Made by a program: the position numbers and the translations under genes
The notes under the pieces: generated by a model
Databases searched by the model: none
What the model saw: only the letters and a program-made list of their open reading frames with translations
What the model was told of the DNA's origin: nothing
From: Methanolinea sp.
GTDB taxonomy: Archaea > Halobacteriota > Methanomicrobia > Methanomicrobiales > Methanospirillaceae
Direction: 5' to 3'
Length of the DNA: 64,000 bases
Assembly: GCA_029907345.1 (NCBI GenBank)
Contig: JARYMB010000005.1
Coordinates: 5,485 to 69,484, forward strand
Shown here: in pieces, positions 18,026 through 27,302 of the stretch
Layout of the letters: each line of letters starts with the position of its first letter
Numbering within the stretch: the stretch's first letter is position 1

Positions 18026-18682
18026 TTAACGGAACTCTATTCCCACGTCCCGCATCCTGTTGAACCGGGCGATGTTGAGGAGGAGCGGTGTCAGGGACTC
18101 GACCATGCATGACGCGGCAAGGGGCCCGGCATCGTATGCCCTGATACCCTCGATGCTGTTGACCAGTTCCATCACGGTTGCCTTGGCCTCCCTGTCATCG
18201 CCGCAGACCGGGACGGCGAGGTGTAGTTCCTGGTCCAGTGCCCGCCACTTGTTTGCCGCAACCGTGTTGAACGCCGTGCACAGCCGGGCGTCCGGGGGCA
18301 GAAGCTTCCTGATCATCAGGGCTGCCGAGCCCTCCGGTGGGGGGACGTACATGAAGTAGTCGCGCTTCTCGATCGGGTTTACGGGCGATACCACGATCTT
18401 TCCCGAGAAACCCCGGAGGCCCGACACCGTTCCGGCAACGTGGGAGAAGGGCACCGCGAGGATGACGATGTCTGACCTGTCCACGGCCTGCTGGTTCGTC
18501 GTCCCTTCGCAGGAGCAGGGCAACCCCCTCTGCCGGAGAGTGGTCAGGCAGCACTGGCTGCTCGTGACAGCCCGGGCCTCGTCCCGCGACCCGATGACGA
18601 CATCGTGGCGGGAGGAGAGCCGCATTGCCAGCCCCTCGCCGATGTCCCCGGTGCCACCCACAATCCCGACCCGCATGGTCAT
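18026..18682 (-). CDS. npdG: F420-dependent NADP oxidoreductase (NpdG/Fno family)
   Basis: MRVGIVGGTGDIGEGLAMRL Rossmann N-terminus and a length of about 218 aa. The start overlaps the trx stop (ATGA). Confidence 0.85.
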   Translation of the reverse strand: MTMRVGIVGGTGDIGEGLAMRLSSRHDVVIGSRDEARAVTSSQCCLTTLRQRGLPCSCEGTTNQQAVDRSDIVILAVPFSHVAGTVSGLRGFSGKIVVSPVNPIEKRDYFMYVPPPEGSAALMIRKLLPPDARLCTAFNTVAANKWRALDQELHLAVPVCGDDREAKATVMELVNSIEGIRAYDAGPLAASCMVESLTPLLLNIARFNRMRDVGIEFR

Positions 18683-18951
18683 TCCACCAGCGGTGCCAGC
18701 ATCGATTCCAGTGTCTCGGCGCTGGTGACCCCTTCGAGGCTTCTCACGATCTTTCCGTCTTTTTCGATGATCAGCGTCGGCACGACCCTGATCCCGTACC
18801 TGTTTGCCATGTCCATGTGCTGGTCGACATCGATCTTCCTGATCTCGATCTTCTCTCCCATCCTCTTCTTCAGTTCCTCGAGGATCGGCCCCTGTCGTTT
18901 ACACGGACCGCACCATTCGGCAAAAAAGTCAATTAAAACCGGTCGGCTCAT
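18679..18951 (-). CDS. trxA: Thioredoxin
   Basis: WCGPC active site (LIDFFAEWCGPCK) and a VPTLII motif. Confidence 0.85.
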   Translation of the reverse strand: MSRPVLIDFFAEWCGPCKRQGPILEELKKRMGEKIEIRKIDVDQHMDMANRYGIRVVPTLIIEKDGKIVRSLEGVTSAETLESMLAPLVE

Positions 18952-19007
18952 CACTATTACCAAGTGTCTTAGTGGAAGAAAATGAGTGATAAAGATTTTC
19001 TATGGGA

Positions 19008-20462
19008 TTATTTGGAGAGGATTTCCTTGATTATCTCCCCGTAGGCAGGACGTGTCACGGCTACCCCGATGATGACCCCGACCATCGTGATGATTGCAAA
19101 CCCGCGGAGGCTCGAGAGGTCCATCAACGCAAGCGGGACCATGGCGATGACCACGGTTGCTGCAGACACGAGGATGATGCCGAGTGCCCGGCTCAGGCGT
19201 TTCGTGTAGAGCGTGGGCGACGGGACCTTGCCCTCGTGAAGAATCTCGTCAGTGATGATGACCAGCTGGTCGATACCCGTCCCGAGCACCGCGATAAGTG
19301 CTGCAATCGATGCGAGGTCGAGCTGCTGGATGAATGTTGCAATGCCAAGCAGAATCACGATCTCGGTGAGGTTCGTGGCCATCATCGGCAGGACGATGGC
19401 AGCCTCGCGGTACCGGAGGTAGATCACGATCCCGACGGCAACCGCCGCGGCGATGAAGGCAACCACGCACATCATCTTGAAGTAATCCGAGAGCTCTGCC
19501 GGCACGAAACCGGAACCGGCGACCACGACGTCGACAGGGAGAGCACCTGCCCGCAGGTGGATCTCGAGGTTCTTGGCATCATTGAGTCCCGCATCGCCGG
19601 TTCCCGTGGATGCATACAGCTGGCGGATCGGTTCCTGCGCAAGTTTTGCCGCAAGGTCCGGTGAGAGCGGTGCACTGTATACGACTTTCCCGTCAAGGAG
19701 CATGTCGAGGTAGTGGGCCTCGGGTTTCGAGACCGCTCCCGTCCGGATTGCCGCCTTCTGCAGTTTCTCTGCCCCTTCCTGGTTCAGCGTGAACGAGACA
19801 CCCCAGACCGGGCTCCCGGGGGAGTCGTGGCTCGGCACTCCCACGGTCGTGATGCTGTCCCCATAGAGAACGTTTTCGGTCTCGTTTCCGGTCGTGTGGA
19901 TCCTGATCTCGAACTTCCCCTGCCTGCCCACGATCTCCTTTGCCTGTGCCATGCTCACGCCGGCAAGTTCCACGCGGATGTAATGCGAGACACCGGAGAA
20001 TCCCACGAGCGGGTTGACCCGGGCATCCTTCGTGCCGAGGGCATTGAGCTTGTTCTCGAGGATCCGCTTGACATCCTCGGCCGTCTGCTTCGAGACCCCC
20101 TGCTCGTAGGAGGTAAGGCGTCCCCCTGCGGCGCTGAAAACGGCTTCGAGGTCTTCCCTCGGGATGTACTTCCTTATCTCGATCTTGTTCTTGTCAAGGA
20201 GGATGACATCGGCATCGACCTGGTCCTGAATTGCCTTGGCAAAATCCCCGGGTGCCTTATCGGTCTCGAAGCCTGCAACAACCGCCTTGAACTCCATCTG
20301 GAGCCAGGTCCCTTCCTGGAGGTCGAGCCCGTACTGGAGGTTTGTCGTAAACTTCCCTCCTTCGAAACGTGGTGCGATGGCGATCGCCGCCAGCACGACG
20401 AGGATGATCATGAGCGCCACCTGCCAGTGGCTCACGATCGCCTTTATCTTTCCCTGGGTCAT
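19008..20462 (-). CDS. secD: Protein translocase subunit SecD
   Basis: N-terminal TM, large periplasmic domain, C-terminal six-TM block. ATG 20462 overlaps the secF stop (ATGA). Confidence 0.9.
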   Translation of the reverse strand: MTQGKIKAIVSHWQVALMIILVVLAAIAIAPRFEGGKFTTNLQYGLDLQEGTWLQMEFKAVVAGFETDKAPGDFAKAIQDQVDADVILLDKNKIEIRKYIPREDLEAVFSAAGGRLTSYEQGVSKQTAEDVKRILENKLNALGTKDARVNPLVGFSGVSHYIRVELAGVSMAQAKEIVGRQGKFEIRIHTTGNETENVLYGDSITTVGVPSHDSPGSPVWGVSFTLNQEGAEKLQKAAIRTGAVSKPEAHYLDMLLDGKVVYSAPLSPDLAAKLAQEPIRQLYASTGTGDAGLNDAKNLEIHLRAGALPVDVVVAGSGFVPAELSDYFKMMCVVAFIAAAVAVGIVIYLRYREAAIVLPMMATNLTEIVILLGIATFIQQLDLASIAALIAVLGTGIDQLVIITDEILHEGKVPSPTLYTKRLSRALGIILVSAATVVIAMVPLALMDLSSLRGFAIITMVGVIIGVAVTRPAYGEIIKEILSK

Positions 20463-21313
20463 CTTCCACCTCTCTTCTGCACGTACCACTTGATAATCCC
20501 GGCATTCGTGAGCCACGTGTTCATCATGTCAACGACAAGCCCGATCAGGAGGACGGTCGCGATCTCCCAGACGACTGTTATCTGGCCGACCAGTGCAACG
20601 ACCCACATTGCACTGATCGCAGCGATTGTCGTGGTCGTCATGATGATTCCCGTCCTGAAAGCACCGGAAAGCTTCTCCTCGAGCTTCCCCTGCCGTTTGA
20701 GGACCCTCATGGTGAGGAGGATATCCGAATCGACAGAATACCCTATCAGCATGAGCAGACCGGCAACGGTCGCAAGGGAGAGATCGATCCCCACCAGGCT
20801 CATCCCGGCCGCCGTCATGGCGATATCCGCGAATGCCGACAGGACGACGGCCCCTGCCGGAACGAACGAGCGGAACGCAAGGAAGATGACGACCGTCATC
20901 CCAAGGAATGAAATGATCAGGGCAATCAGGGCCTGCTGCTGCAGGGTTTCTCCAAAGGAGGCCCCTATCTGGTCAATCTTGGCATCAGGGTAGCGGACCC
21001 CGATATCTGTTGCAAGTCTCTGGAGGCTCGCATCATCCATCGGCCCGAACTTCACGTATTTTCCGTTATTTACTCCTTCGCCGACCGAGAGGAGGGGGTA
21101 CCCCGCAAAAGCGGCCCGTATTTGGTCAGCTGAATCGGGTGTAAAAAGAGTGACCGCCGTACCCCCCGAGAAATCGATTCCCGGCCTGACCGGCATCCCG
21201 AAACTGGCCATGTTAAAGCCCAGGAGGGCCAGGCTCAGGAGGAGGATAACGGCCGGGACGACCATCATCTGCCGGGGAGTATACCTGTTCACATCGTAAC
21301 CGACAAATCCCAT
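20459..21313 (-). CDS. secF: Protein translocase subunit SecF
   Basis: 284 aa with SecF-type TM topology. It lies directly upstream of secD. Confidence 0.9.
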   Translation of the reverse strand: MGFVGYDVNRYTPRQMMVVPAVILLLSLALLGFNMASFGMPVRPGIDFSGGTAVTLFTPDSADQIRAAFAGYPLLSVGEGVNNGKYVKFGPMDDASLQRLATDIGVRYPDAKIDQIGASFGETLQQQALIALIISFLGMTVVIFLAFRSFVPAGAVVLSAFADIAMTAAGMSLVGIDLSLATVAGLLMLIGYSVDSDILLTMRVLKRQGKLEEKLSGAFRTGIIMTTTTIAAISAMWVVALVGQITVVWEIATVLLIGLVVDMMNTWLTNAGIIKWYVQKRGGR

Positions 21314-21505
21314 AGCCCAGTACTTGGTGATACATGGGTAAAATTCTTCGGGGAACCGGGCTATCCACGGGTATCCCCTGATTGGTTATTTTCCCCGCCC
21401 TCGCACATTATTCACCGTAATCCTCCCTGAATCGGGGTTTCCGGTCACACCTGAAACTGGATCGAAAAGAAATGCTTATATAAAACTTGTGGTGAGTACC
21501 ACTTC

Positions 21506-21814
21506 ATGAGATCTCCGCACGAGATCAAGGCCGTCATCGAGAACCGCTTAAGGGTATATCTTTCGCGTGACCAGACCGGGGTCCGGCGTGCGATGCTCAA
21601 ACTCTTCCTTAGAATGAAAACACTGACCATCGCGAAGATCTGCGAACACCTCAACCGGCGGTTCTCCATCAGTTACCACTCCGTGGCCGCGATGGTGGGC
21701 ATCATCGCTTCGCGGATAGGGATCCTCCATGTCATGAAGAACAAGGAAGGAACCCATAGTATCTACCAGTTAAAGGAGCAGTACGTCGACCTGGTGTCAC
21801 GCATCGTCGGCTGA
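21506..21814 (+). CDS. Small HTH-like conserved Methanomicrobia protein (DUF2551-like, tentative)
   Basis: 102-aa ORF with an LTIAKICEHLNRRFSISYHSVAAMV HTH-like segment. The family name is from memory. Confidence 0.65.
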   Translation: MRSPHEIKAVIENRLRVYLSRDQTGVRRAMLKLFLRMKTLTIAKICEHLNRRFSISYHSVAAMVGIIASRIGILHVMKNKEGTHSIYQLKEQYVDLVSRIVG

Positions 21815-21873
21815 AATCCTCCCGGCATCCCTTCACAATTTTTTTACCCTTTCCGGTCGATGTGGTGGGAATC

Positions 21874-22173
21874 ATGTATGTACGACCCAATTCCCGTCTT
21901 CTTCCCGACGAGGTTTCGGTGAACGAGGACGTGGCTGACTATATCGAAAGGAGGGGGTGTGATTTCCGGGTCTGCACCTCGTGTGGTGGTCCCATACTCC
22001 TTCCCGTGAGCATGAAGCCACCCAAACCAACCGATATACAGGTAAAGGTAAGGGACAGGACGATTTTTATCTCCGTGCACCAGGCACGGTACCTGCACTC
22101 CATCCACAGGGGAATGCTCCCCCTCTTCCTGGACCCTCCCGGGGACGAGGGCCCTGCCGGCAATGAGTTTTGA
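21874..22173 (+). CDS. Hypothetical protein (CTSCGG motif), overlaps the archease start
   Basis: MYVRPNSRLLPDEVSVNEDVADYIERRGCDFRVCTSCGGPILLPVS... The 3' end overlaps archease by 11 nt. Confidence 0.55.
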   Translation: MYVRPNSRLLPDEVSVNEDVADYIERRGCDFRVCTSCGGPILLPVSMKPPKPTDIQVKVRDRTIFISVHQARYLHSIHRGMLPLFLDPPGDEGPAGNEF

Positions 22174-22570
22174 AGAGCTGGAACATACCGCGGATGCCCG
22201 GTTCAGGATCCGGGCTGCCTCCCTTGGAGATCTCTATTCCGAGGCTGCAAGGGCCCTGATGGACGTGATGTACGGGCGTCCTGGCGAAGACGGGCAGGAA
22301 CGCGAGATAGAAGTCGATGCCCACGACCCGGAATCGCTGGTTTTCGCATACCTCTCCGAGGTTCTCTTCATCTCGGAGGTGGGGGGGTTCGTCGTCTCGC
22401 GTGCCGATGTGGCCGTCAGTGACACGAATGCGAAGGGAAAACTCCATGGTGAACCATTCTCCCCGGAAAAGCACGGGGGCGGGCGCGGGGTCAAGGGCAT
22501 CTCTTTTTCCGGCCTCTCCCTTCGCCGGGAAGATGATTCATATACCCTTGATGTCATCTTTGATGTGTGA
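22163..22570 (+). CDS. Archease (RtcB activator)
   Basis: MSFEELEHTADARFRIRA... and the C-terminal GVKGISFSGLS...DVIFDV are typical of archease. Confidence 0.9.
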   Translation: MSFEELEHTADARFRIRAASLGDLYSEAARALMDVMYGRPGEDGQEREIEVDAHDPESLVFAYLSEVLFISEVGGFVVSRADVAVSDTNAKGKLHGEPFSPEKHGGGRGVKGISFSGLSLRREDDSYTLDVIFDV

Positions 22571-24010
22571 GTGACTATGCTCCCCGGGATACAGAGCCTC
22601 GGACCCTGTGAATGGGAAGTCCCCCTGGGATATGTCCCGGGAATGCGGGTTCCCGGCGTCTTCTACCTCTCTCCCCGGCTTGCCGGAACGCTCGAGGAGG
22701 GTGCTGTCCGCCAGCTTGCCAATGTTGCGACAATGCCAGGAATCGTGAAGCGGTCGCTTGCAATGCCCGATATCCACTGGGGATACGGCTTTCCCATCGG
22801 CGGGGTTGCTGCTTTCGCGTTCGAAGGCGGTGTCATCTCGCCGGGTGGTGTCGGCTTCGATATCAACTGCGGGGTCAGGCTCCTTTCCACACCGCTGGAA
22901 GAAAAGGACATCATCAACCGCAGGGAGCTTGCCGAACGACTCTACCGTGAAATCCCGACGGGTGTCGGGGGAAAGAGCAGTCTCCGCCTCTCAGGAAAAG
23001 ACCTTGACTCCGTCCTCGTGGAGGGGGCTTCCTGGGCCGTCAGGCAGGGGTTCGGGCGGGCGGAGGACACGGAGTTCTGCGAGGAGGGGGGTTGCATGGA
23101 GGGGGCAGACCCTGCAGCAGTCTCCGAGAAAGCCCGGGCGAGGGGAATTCCCCAGAGCGGGACCCTTGGATCGGGGAACCATTTCCTCGAGGTGCAGGTG
23201 GTCAGGGAAATCTACGACCAGGCGGCGGCATCCGCCTTTGGCCTTGTTCCGGGGCAGGTCTGTATCATGATCCACTGCGGTTCCCGTGGCCTGGGCCACC
23301 AGGTCTGCACCGACCACCTCCGTGTCCTCGAAGCAGCCACGAAACGGTACGGCATATCCCTGCCTGACCGCCAGCTCGCCTGCGCACCCCTGGACTCACC
23401 CGAAGGCCGGGCATACTTCGGGGCGATGGCGGCATCCGCAAACTACGCATGGGCGAACAGGCAGGTGATCATGCACAGGACCCGGAAAGTCATGGAGGAT
23501 CTCTACCGCGTGCCCCAAAAAGAGATGCGCCTCGTGTACGACGTTGCCCACAACGTGGCAAAGACAGAGGACCACCTCGTCGATGGCAAAAGGCTGCGGG
23601 TCTGCGTTCACCGCAAGGGGGCAACGAGGGCTTTCGGACCGGGATCCCCGGGCATCCCCGCCCCCTATTCCCACGTGGGCCAGCCCGTGATCATCCCGGG
23701 CAGCATGGGAACCCCCTCGTTTGTCCTGCACGGGACCGGGACGGCGATGGAAAAGACATTCGGGAGCACCTGCCATGGCGCCGGGAGGGTCATGAGCAGG
23801 ACCCAGGCCAAGCGCCGGATCACGGGCAGGGAGATCCGCGAGAGCCTCGGGAAGGCGGGCATCGTTGTGCGCGCACCAAGCGACGCTGCCCTTGCAGACG
23901 AGGCCCCTGACGTCTACAAGCCGAGTGCCGAAGTCGTCCGCGTCGTCCACGAGGTCGGTCTCTCCCGCCTCGTCGCCCGGCTTGAACCCCTGGCGGTGAT
24001 CAAGGGGTGA
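22571..24010 (+). CDS. rtcB: RNA-splicing ligase RtcB
   Basis: GVGFDINCGVR, GSGNHF, HCGSRGLGHQV and GSMGT motifs. GTG 22571 or ATG 22577. Confidence 0.95.
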   Translation: MTMLPGIQSLGPCEWEVPLGYVPGMRVPGVFYLSPRLAGTLEEGAVRQLANVATMPGIVKRSLAMPDIHWGYGFPIGGVAAFAFEGGVISPGGVGFDINCGVRLLSTPLEEKDIINRRELAERLYREIPTGVGGKSSLRLSGKDLDSVLVEGASWAVRQGFGRAEDTEFCEEGGCMEGADPAAVSEKARARGIPQSGTLGSGNHFLEVQVVREIYDQAAASAFGLVPGQVCIMIHCGSRGLGHQVCTDHLRVLEAATKRYGISLPDRQLACAPLDSPEGRAYFGAMAASANYAWANRQVIMHRTRKVMEDLYRVPQKEMRLVYDVAHNVAKTEDHLVDGKRLRVCVHRKGATRAFGPGSPGIPAPYSHVGQPVIIPGSMGTPSFVLHGTGTAMEKTFGSTCHGAGRVMSRTQAKRRITGREIRESLGKAGIVVRAPSDAALADEAPDVYKPSAEVVRVVHEVGLSRLVARLEPLAVIKG

Positions 24011-24582
24011 CACCGCGGGTCGGCCTGCTCTGGGACGAAAAACTCGTCTTTTCCCGGTACCTCGAAGAGTGCGGGGCCTCCTGCGACCACGTGACCCCCC
24101 AGCTCCTCGCAGCCCCCTTCTTCCGGGGCAGGTTCTGTGCACTCGTCGTCCCGACGGGCTTTGCCAACCCGGCCTATTCCCGGATGCTGCCTGCACTCCG
24201 GGCATCATCGTCACGCATCAGGAAGTTCATCGAAAGCGGGGGAAAACTCCTCGTCTTCGGGCCGGGGATCGACCGGGCAGACGCCTACGACTGGCTCCCG
24301 TTTAGGGTGCTCTACACGCATAAAAAGCACGAAGGGGGGATCGAATGCGTCTCCTCCCATGGATGTGCATCCCTCTTTGCAGGGTTTGACCCTGCCACCA
24401 TCGAGTGCGACGGGTTCTTCCCCCAGCACGACTGCGAGGTCGTTGCACGGACTGCACACGGGGCAGTCCTCCTCCGGTGCAGTGCCGGCAGCGGCGAGGC
24501 GGTTGTCACCACAATACACGAATACCCGTCAAAGGAGTTCATCCGCCAATTCTGCTCCGGCGGGTCGGAAACATTATTGTGA
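24007..24582 (+). CDS. Hypothetical protein translationally coupled to rtcB
   Basis: 191 aa. The GTG start overlaps the rtcB stop (GTGA). It possibly has a flavodoxin/GATase-like fold, but no family was recognised with confidence. Confidence 0.6.
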   Translation: MTPRVGLLWDEKLVFSRYLEECGASCDHVTPQLLAAPFFRGRFCALVVPTGFANPAYSRMLPALRASSSRIRKFIESGGKLLVFGPGIDRADAYDWLPFRVLYTHKKHEGGIECVSSHGCASLFAGFDPATIECDGFFPQHDCEVVARTAHGAVLLRCSAGSGEAVVTTIHEYPSKEFIRQFCSGGSETLL

Positions 24583-24615
24583 ACAAAGACCAGGGAATAG
24601 AGTAAGGATCTGCCC

Positions 24616-25038
24616 ATGAACCGCTACGTTATCTCCGTGGACAGCGGGCCACAAGACCTCGAACCGATCGGCCTTGCATTCCATGAACTCCTCAACAGGC
24701 TCCCCATCACTGCCCGGTCTGCCCGTCGCCCCGGCATCAGGATAGAGAACGGGTTCGTGGTGGACAAAAACTACACGGGCCCTGTCCTGGAAGATGTCAT
24801 CAGGGAGAACCGGCTGATCAAGACCACGCCCGGGACGGGAGCCTACAGGGGTGTTCCGGTCATCGTGGCACCCGTCCGCGATTCTTCAGGAGAGGCGATT
24901 GCCGCCATCGGTGTCGTGGATATCACGGGGATCTTCGACCTTGCCACGCTCATGGAACACCAGTCAGAGATTTTAAGGCAGGTCTGCGGCAAGGACCCCT
25001 GCCCGCTTCCCTCCGAACAGGCATCATCAAAAAGGTAA
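24616..25038 (+). CDS. Conserved methanogen protein (DUF2111-like, tentative)
   Basis: 140-aa ORF with protein-like composition. The family name is from memory. Confidence 0.65.
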   Translation: MNRYVISVDSGPQDLEPIGLAFHELLNRLPITARSARRPGIRIENGFVVDKNYTGPVLEDVIRENRLIKTTPGTGAYRGVPVIVAPVRDSSGEAIAAIGVVDITGIFDLATLMEHQSEILRQVCGKDPCPLPSEQASSKR

Positions 25039-25042
25039 TCCC

Positions 25043-26026
25043 ATGTACGAGGCAGCATTCCGTGTCCTTGAGGTGCTCGAGAACAGTGACGGCCCGGTCC
25101 CGGGTGAGAAGATCAGCGCTGCCCTCGGGATATCCCGGTCGGCGGTCTGGAAACACATCAAGGAACTGATCAACATGGGCTACGACATCCAGGCGTCGCA
25201 CCGCGAGGGATACCGCCTCAAGAAGAGCAGCAACCGGCTGCTGCCCTACGAAGTTCACAAGAAGCTCCGGACGAACGTGATAGGCAGGATGATGCGGTAC
25301 TTCGAGAGCACGGTCTCGACGAACTGGGTGGCAAAGCAGATGGTCCGGGAGGAGGACCCTGCTGCACTCCATGGAACGGTCATCATCGCAGAACAGCAGA
25401 CGGGAGGCATGGGGAGGCTCGGCCGGTCATGGATATCGCCCCGGGGCGGGATATGGGTAACGGTCATTCTCAGGCCGACGATTCCCATCGACAGGATTTT
25501 CATGATTACGATGGCGGGCTCGATCGCGGTTGCCCGCGCCCTCCGGAAGGAATACGACCTCGGCGCCCTGATCAAGTGGCCAAACGACGTGTATATCGGG
25601 GATAAGAAGGTCGCCGGGCTCCTCCTCGAGATATCTGCCGAGGCGGACAGGGTCAACTACGCCCTGCTCGGGATGGGAATCGACGTGAACGTCTCCCCGC
25701 AGGACCTCTCCGCGGTCCCCAATGCCGTCACCTCCGTGAGCCTGGAAGTCGGCCACGATGTCGATCGGCCCGCGCTCCTTGCCCGTGTCCTGAAGGAATT
25801 CGAAAGCCGTTACATGCTGCTCGAGGCCGGAGAGTTCGACTCGGTCATCCGCGAATGGAAGAGCCTGTCCTGCACGCTGGAACGCCGGGTCCGGATCAAC
25901 ACCCTGAAGTCGAGTTTCGAGGGTGAGGCAATCGATATCGACGAGTTCGGTGCGCTGCTCGTCCGCAAGGACAACGGAAAGATCGAGCGTGTAATCTCCG
26001 GGGACTGCATCCAGCAACAGGATTAA
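25043..26026 (+). CDS. birA: Bifunctional biotin-protein ligase / biotin operon repressor BirA
   Basis: N-terminal HTH (ISAALGISRSAVWKHIKEL). Ligase motif GGMGRLGRSWISPRGG, KWPNDV, and an SH3-like C-terminal domain. Confidence 0.9.
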   Translation: MYEAAFRVLEVLENSDGPVPGEKISAALGISRSAVWKHIKELINMGYDIQASHREGYRLKKSSNRLLPYEVHKKLRTNVIGRMMRYFESTVSTNWVAKQMVREEDPAALHGTVIIAEQQTGGMGRLGRSWISPRGGIWVTVILRPTIPIDRIFMITMAGSIAVARALRKEYDLGALIKWPNDVYIGDKKVAGLLLEISAEADRVNYALLGMGIDVNVSPQDLSAVPNAVTSVSLEVGHDVDRPALLARVLKEFESRYMLLEAGEFDSVIREWKSLSCTLERRVRINTLKSSFEGEAIDIDEFGALLVRKDNGKIERVISGDCIQQQD

Positions 26027-26060
26027 ATCGTCAACCTGGAAAAAATATATGGTTGACGAT
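26027..26060. promoter_or_regulatory. Candidate BirA operator overlapping the bioY promoter
   Basis: Perfect 10-bp inverted repeat ATCGTCAACC (26027-26036) / GGTTGACGAT (26051-26060). The 14-nt spacer contains the TATA-like AAAAATATAT. The half-site resembles published BirA sites of the TGTAAACC-N14/15-GGTTTACA type. Confidence 0.6.
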
Positions 26061-26607
26061 GTTGTCCGGACGGGAGAGAGCCCTCTTTATCGCCCATACC
26101 GGGACCTTTGCTGCGCTCCTCGCGGTGGGATCCTGGGTCTCGGTCCCGTTTGTCCCTGTACCCTTGACCCTCCAGACACTCTTCCTCTTCCTTGCTGCGG
26201 GGTTCATGGGGAGGTACGCGGTCGCACCGGTCCTGCTTTTCCTGCTGCTCGGTGCACTCAACTTTCCCGTTTTCCACAACGGGGCGGCCGGGATAGGCGT
26301 TTTCCTCGGGCCGACGGGAGGGTACCTGCTCGGGTTTGTTCCGGCGGCGTTCGTTGCCGGTCTATGCTTTGAACGCCGCAGCTGGCAGGCCCGGTGGGCA
26401 GGTATGGGAGCGGGTGCATCCCTGTACTATGCATGCGGCATCGCGTGGCTTGCGTATTCTTCCGGCCTCTCCCTCCCTGCAGCCATCCTCGTCGGGGCGG
26501 TGCCGTTCGTGCCCGGTGACCTGCTCAAGGCATTTGCCGCGTATACTGTTGTGAACAGGGTTTCCCGGATCGCAGGCGTGACCACCCGCAGGGGGGAGGC
26601 GGGGTGA
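26053..26607 (+). CDS. bioY: Biotin transporter S-component BioY
   Basis: Six-TM protein with a BioY-like sequence (TLQTLFLFLAAGFMG..., GGYLLGF, VPFVPGDLLK). TTG 26053 or ATG 26059. Confidence 0.85.
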   Translation: MTMLSGRERALFIAHTGTFAALLAVGSWVSVPFVPVPLTLQTLFLFLAAGFMGRYAVAPVLLFLLLGALNFPVFHNGAAGIGVFLGPTGGYLLGFVPAAFVAGLCFERRSWQARWAGMGAGASLYYACGIAWLAYSSGLSLPAAILVGAVPFVPGDLLKAFAAYTVVNRVSRIAGVTTRRGEAG

Positions 26608-27302
26608 TCCGGGTAGAGGGACTTGACCACGGCATCCTCTCCGTCCCCGAGCTTTCCATTCCCCCTGGCCTCTGTGTCGTCACGGGCAGAAACGGGAGCG
26701 GGAAGACGACGCTGCTCCGTCTCCTTGCGGGCATCTGCGTTCCCGGAAAAGGATCCGTCACGGTCGACGGAAGAGACCCCGCTTCCCTGGAGAGAGGATT
26801 TGTCCACGAGTTCCCGGGAAGGAACTGCCTCTTCTCAATCGTTTACCAGGAGGTCTCCTCGCCCCTCTGGTTCCGGCATGCACCCTGCGAAGAGGTGGAG
26901 CGATCCGTATCCCGTGCAGCCCGGTCCGTGGAGATAGAGGGGCTCCTCTCCCGCGGAGTCCGGAACCTCTCGGGCGGGGAACAGGTGCTCTGTGCCCTCG
27001 CAACGGCAGTGGTCCAAAACCCCTCGCTCCTCGTTCTCGACGAGTGGGACTCGCACCTCGATTGCAGGACTGCTGCCCGCGTGGAGGAGTGCATCCGGGC
27101 TATGGGTATCCCCCACGTCGTCTGGTGCACGCAGGACATGGACATTGCTGCGTCCGCCGATTACGTGGTCTTTCTCGAGAAGGGACAGGTTACGTACTCG
27201 GGCACACCGCAGACTGTCTTCCCTGCCCTGAAGGAGACCTGCTGGTACCCCCCCTCGTGGAGGTGGAAGGAGTGGAACTCGTCCTTGACAGCGTCCTCGT
27301 GA
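26604..27302 (+). CDS. ECF transporter ATPase (A component)
   Basis: Walker A GRNGSGKTTLLRLL, signature LSGGEQ, Walker B LLVLDE. Overlaps the bioY stop. Confidence 0.85.
   Translation: MIRVEGLDHGILSVPELSIPPGLCVVTGRNGSGKTTLLRLLAGICVPGKGSVTVDGRDPASLERGFVHEFPGRNCLFSIVYQEVSSPLWFRHAPCEEVERSVSRAARSVEIEGLLSRGVRNLSGGEQVLCALATAVVQNPSLLVLDEWDSHLDCRTAARVEECIRAMGIPHVVWCTQDMDIAASADYVVFLEKGQVTYSGTPQTVFPALKETCWYPPSWRWKEWNSSLTASS

Noticed and set aside
19713-20993. 426-aa plus-strand ORF across secD/secF
   Set aside because: It is antisense to SecDF, it spans a gene boundary, and it has no motifs.
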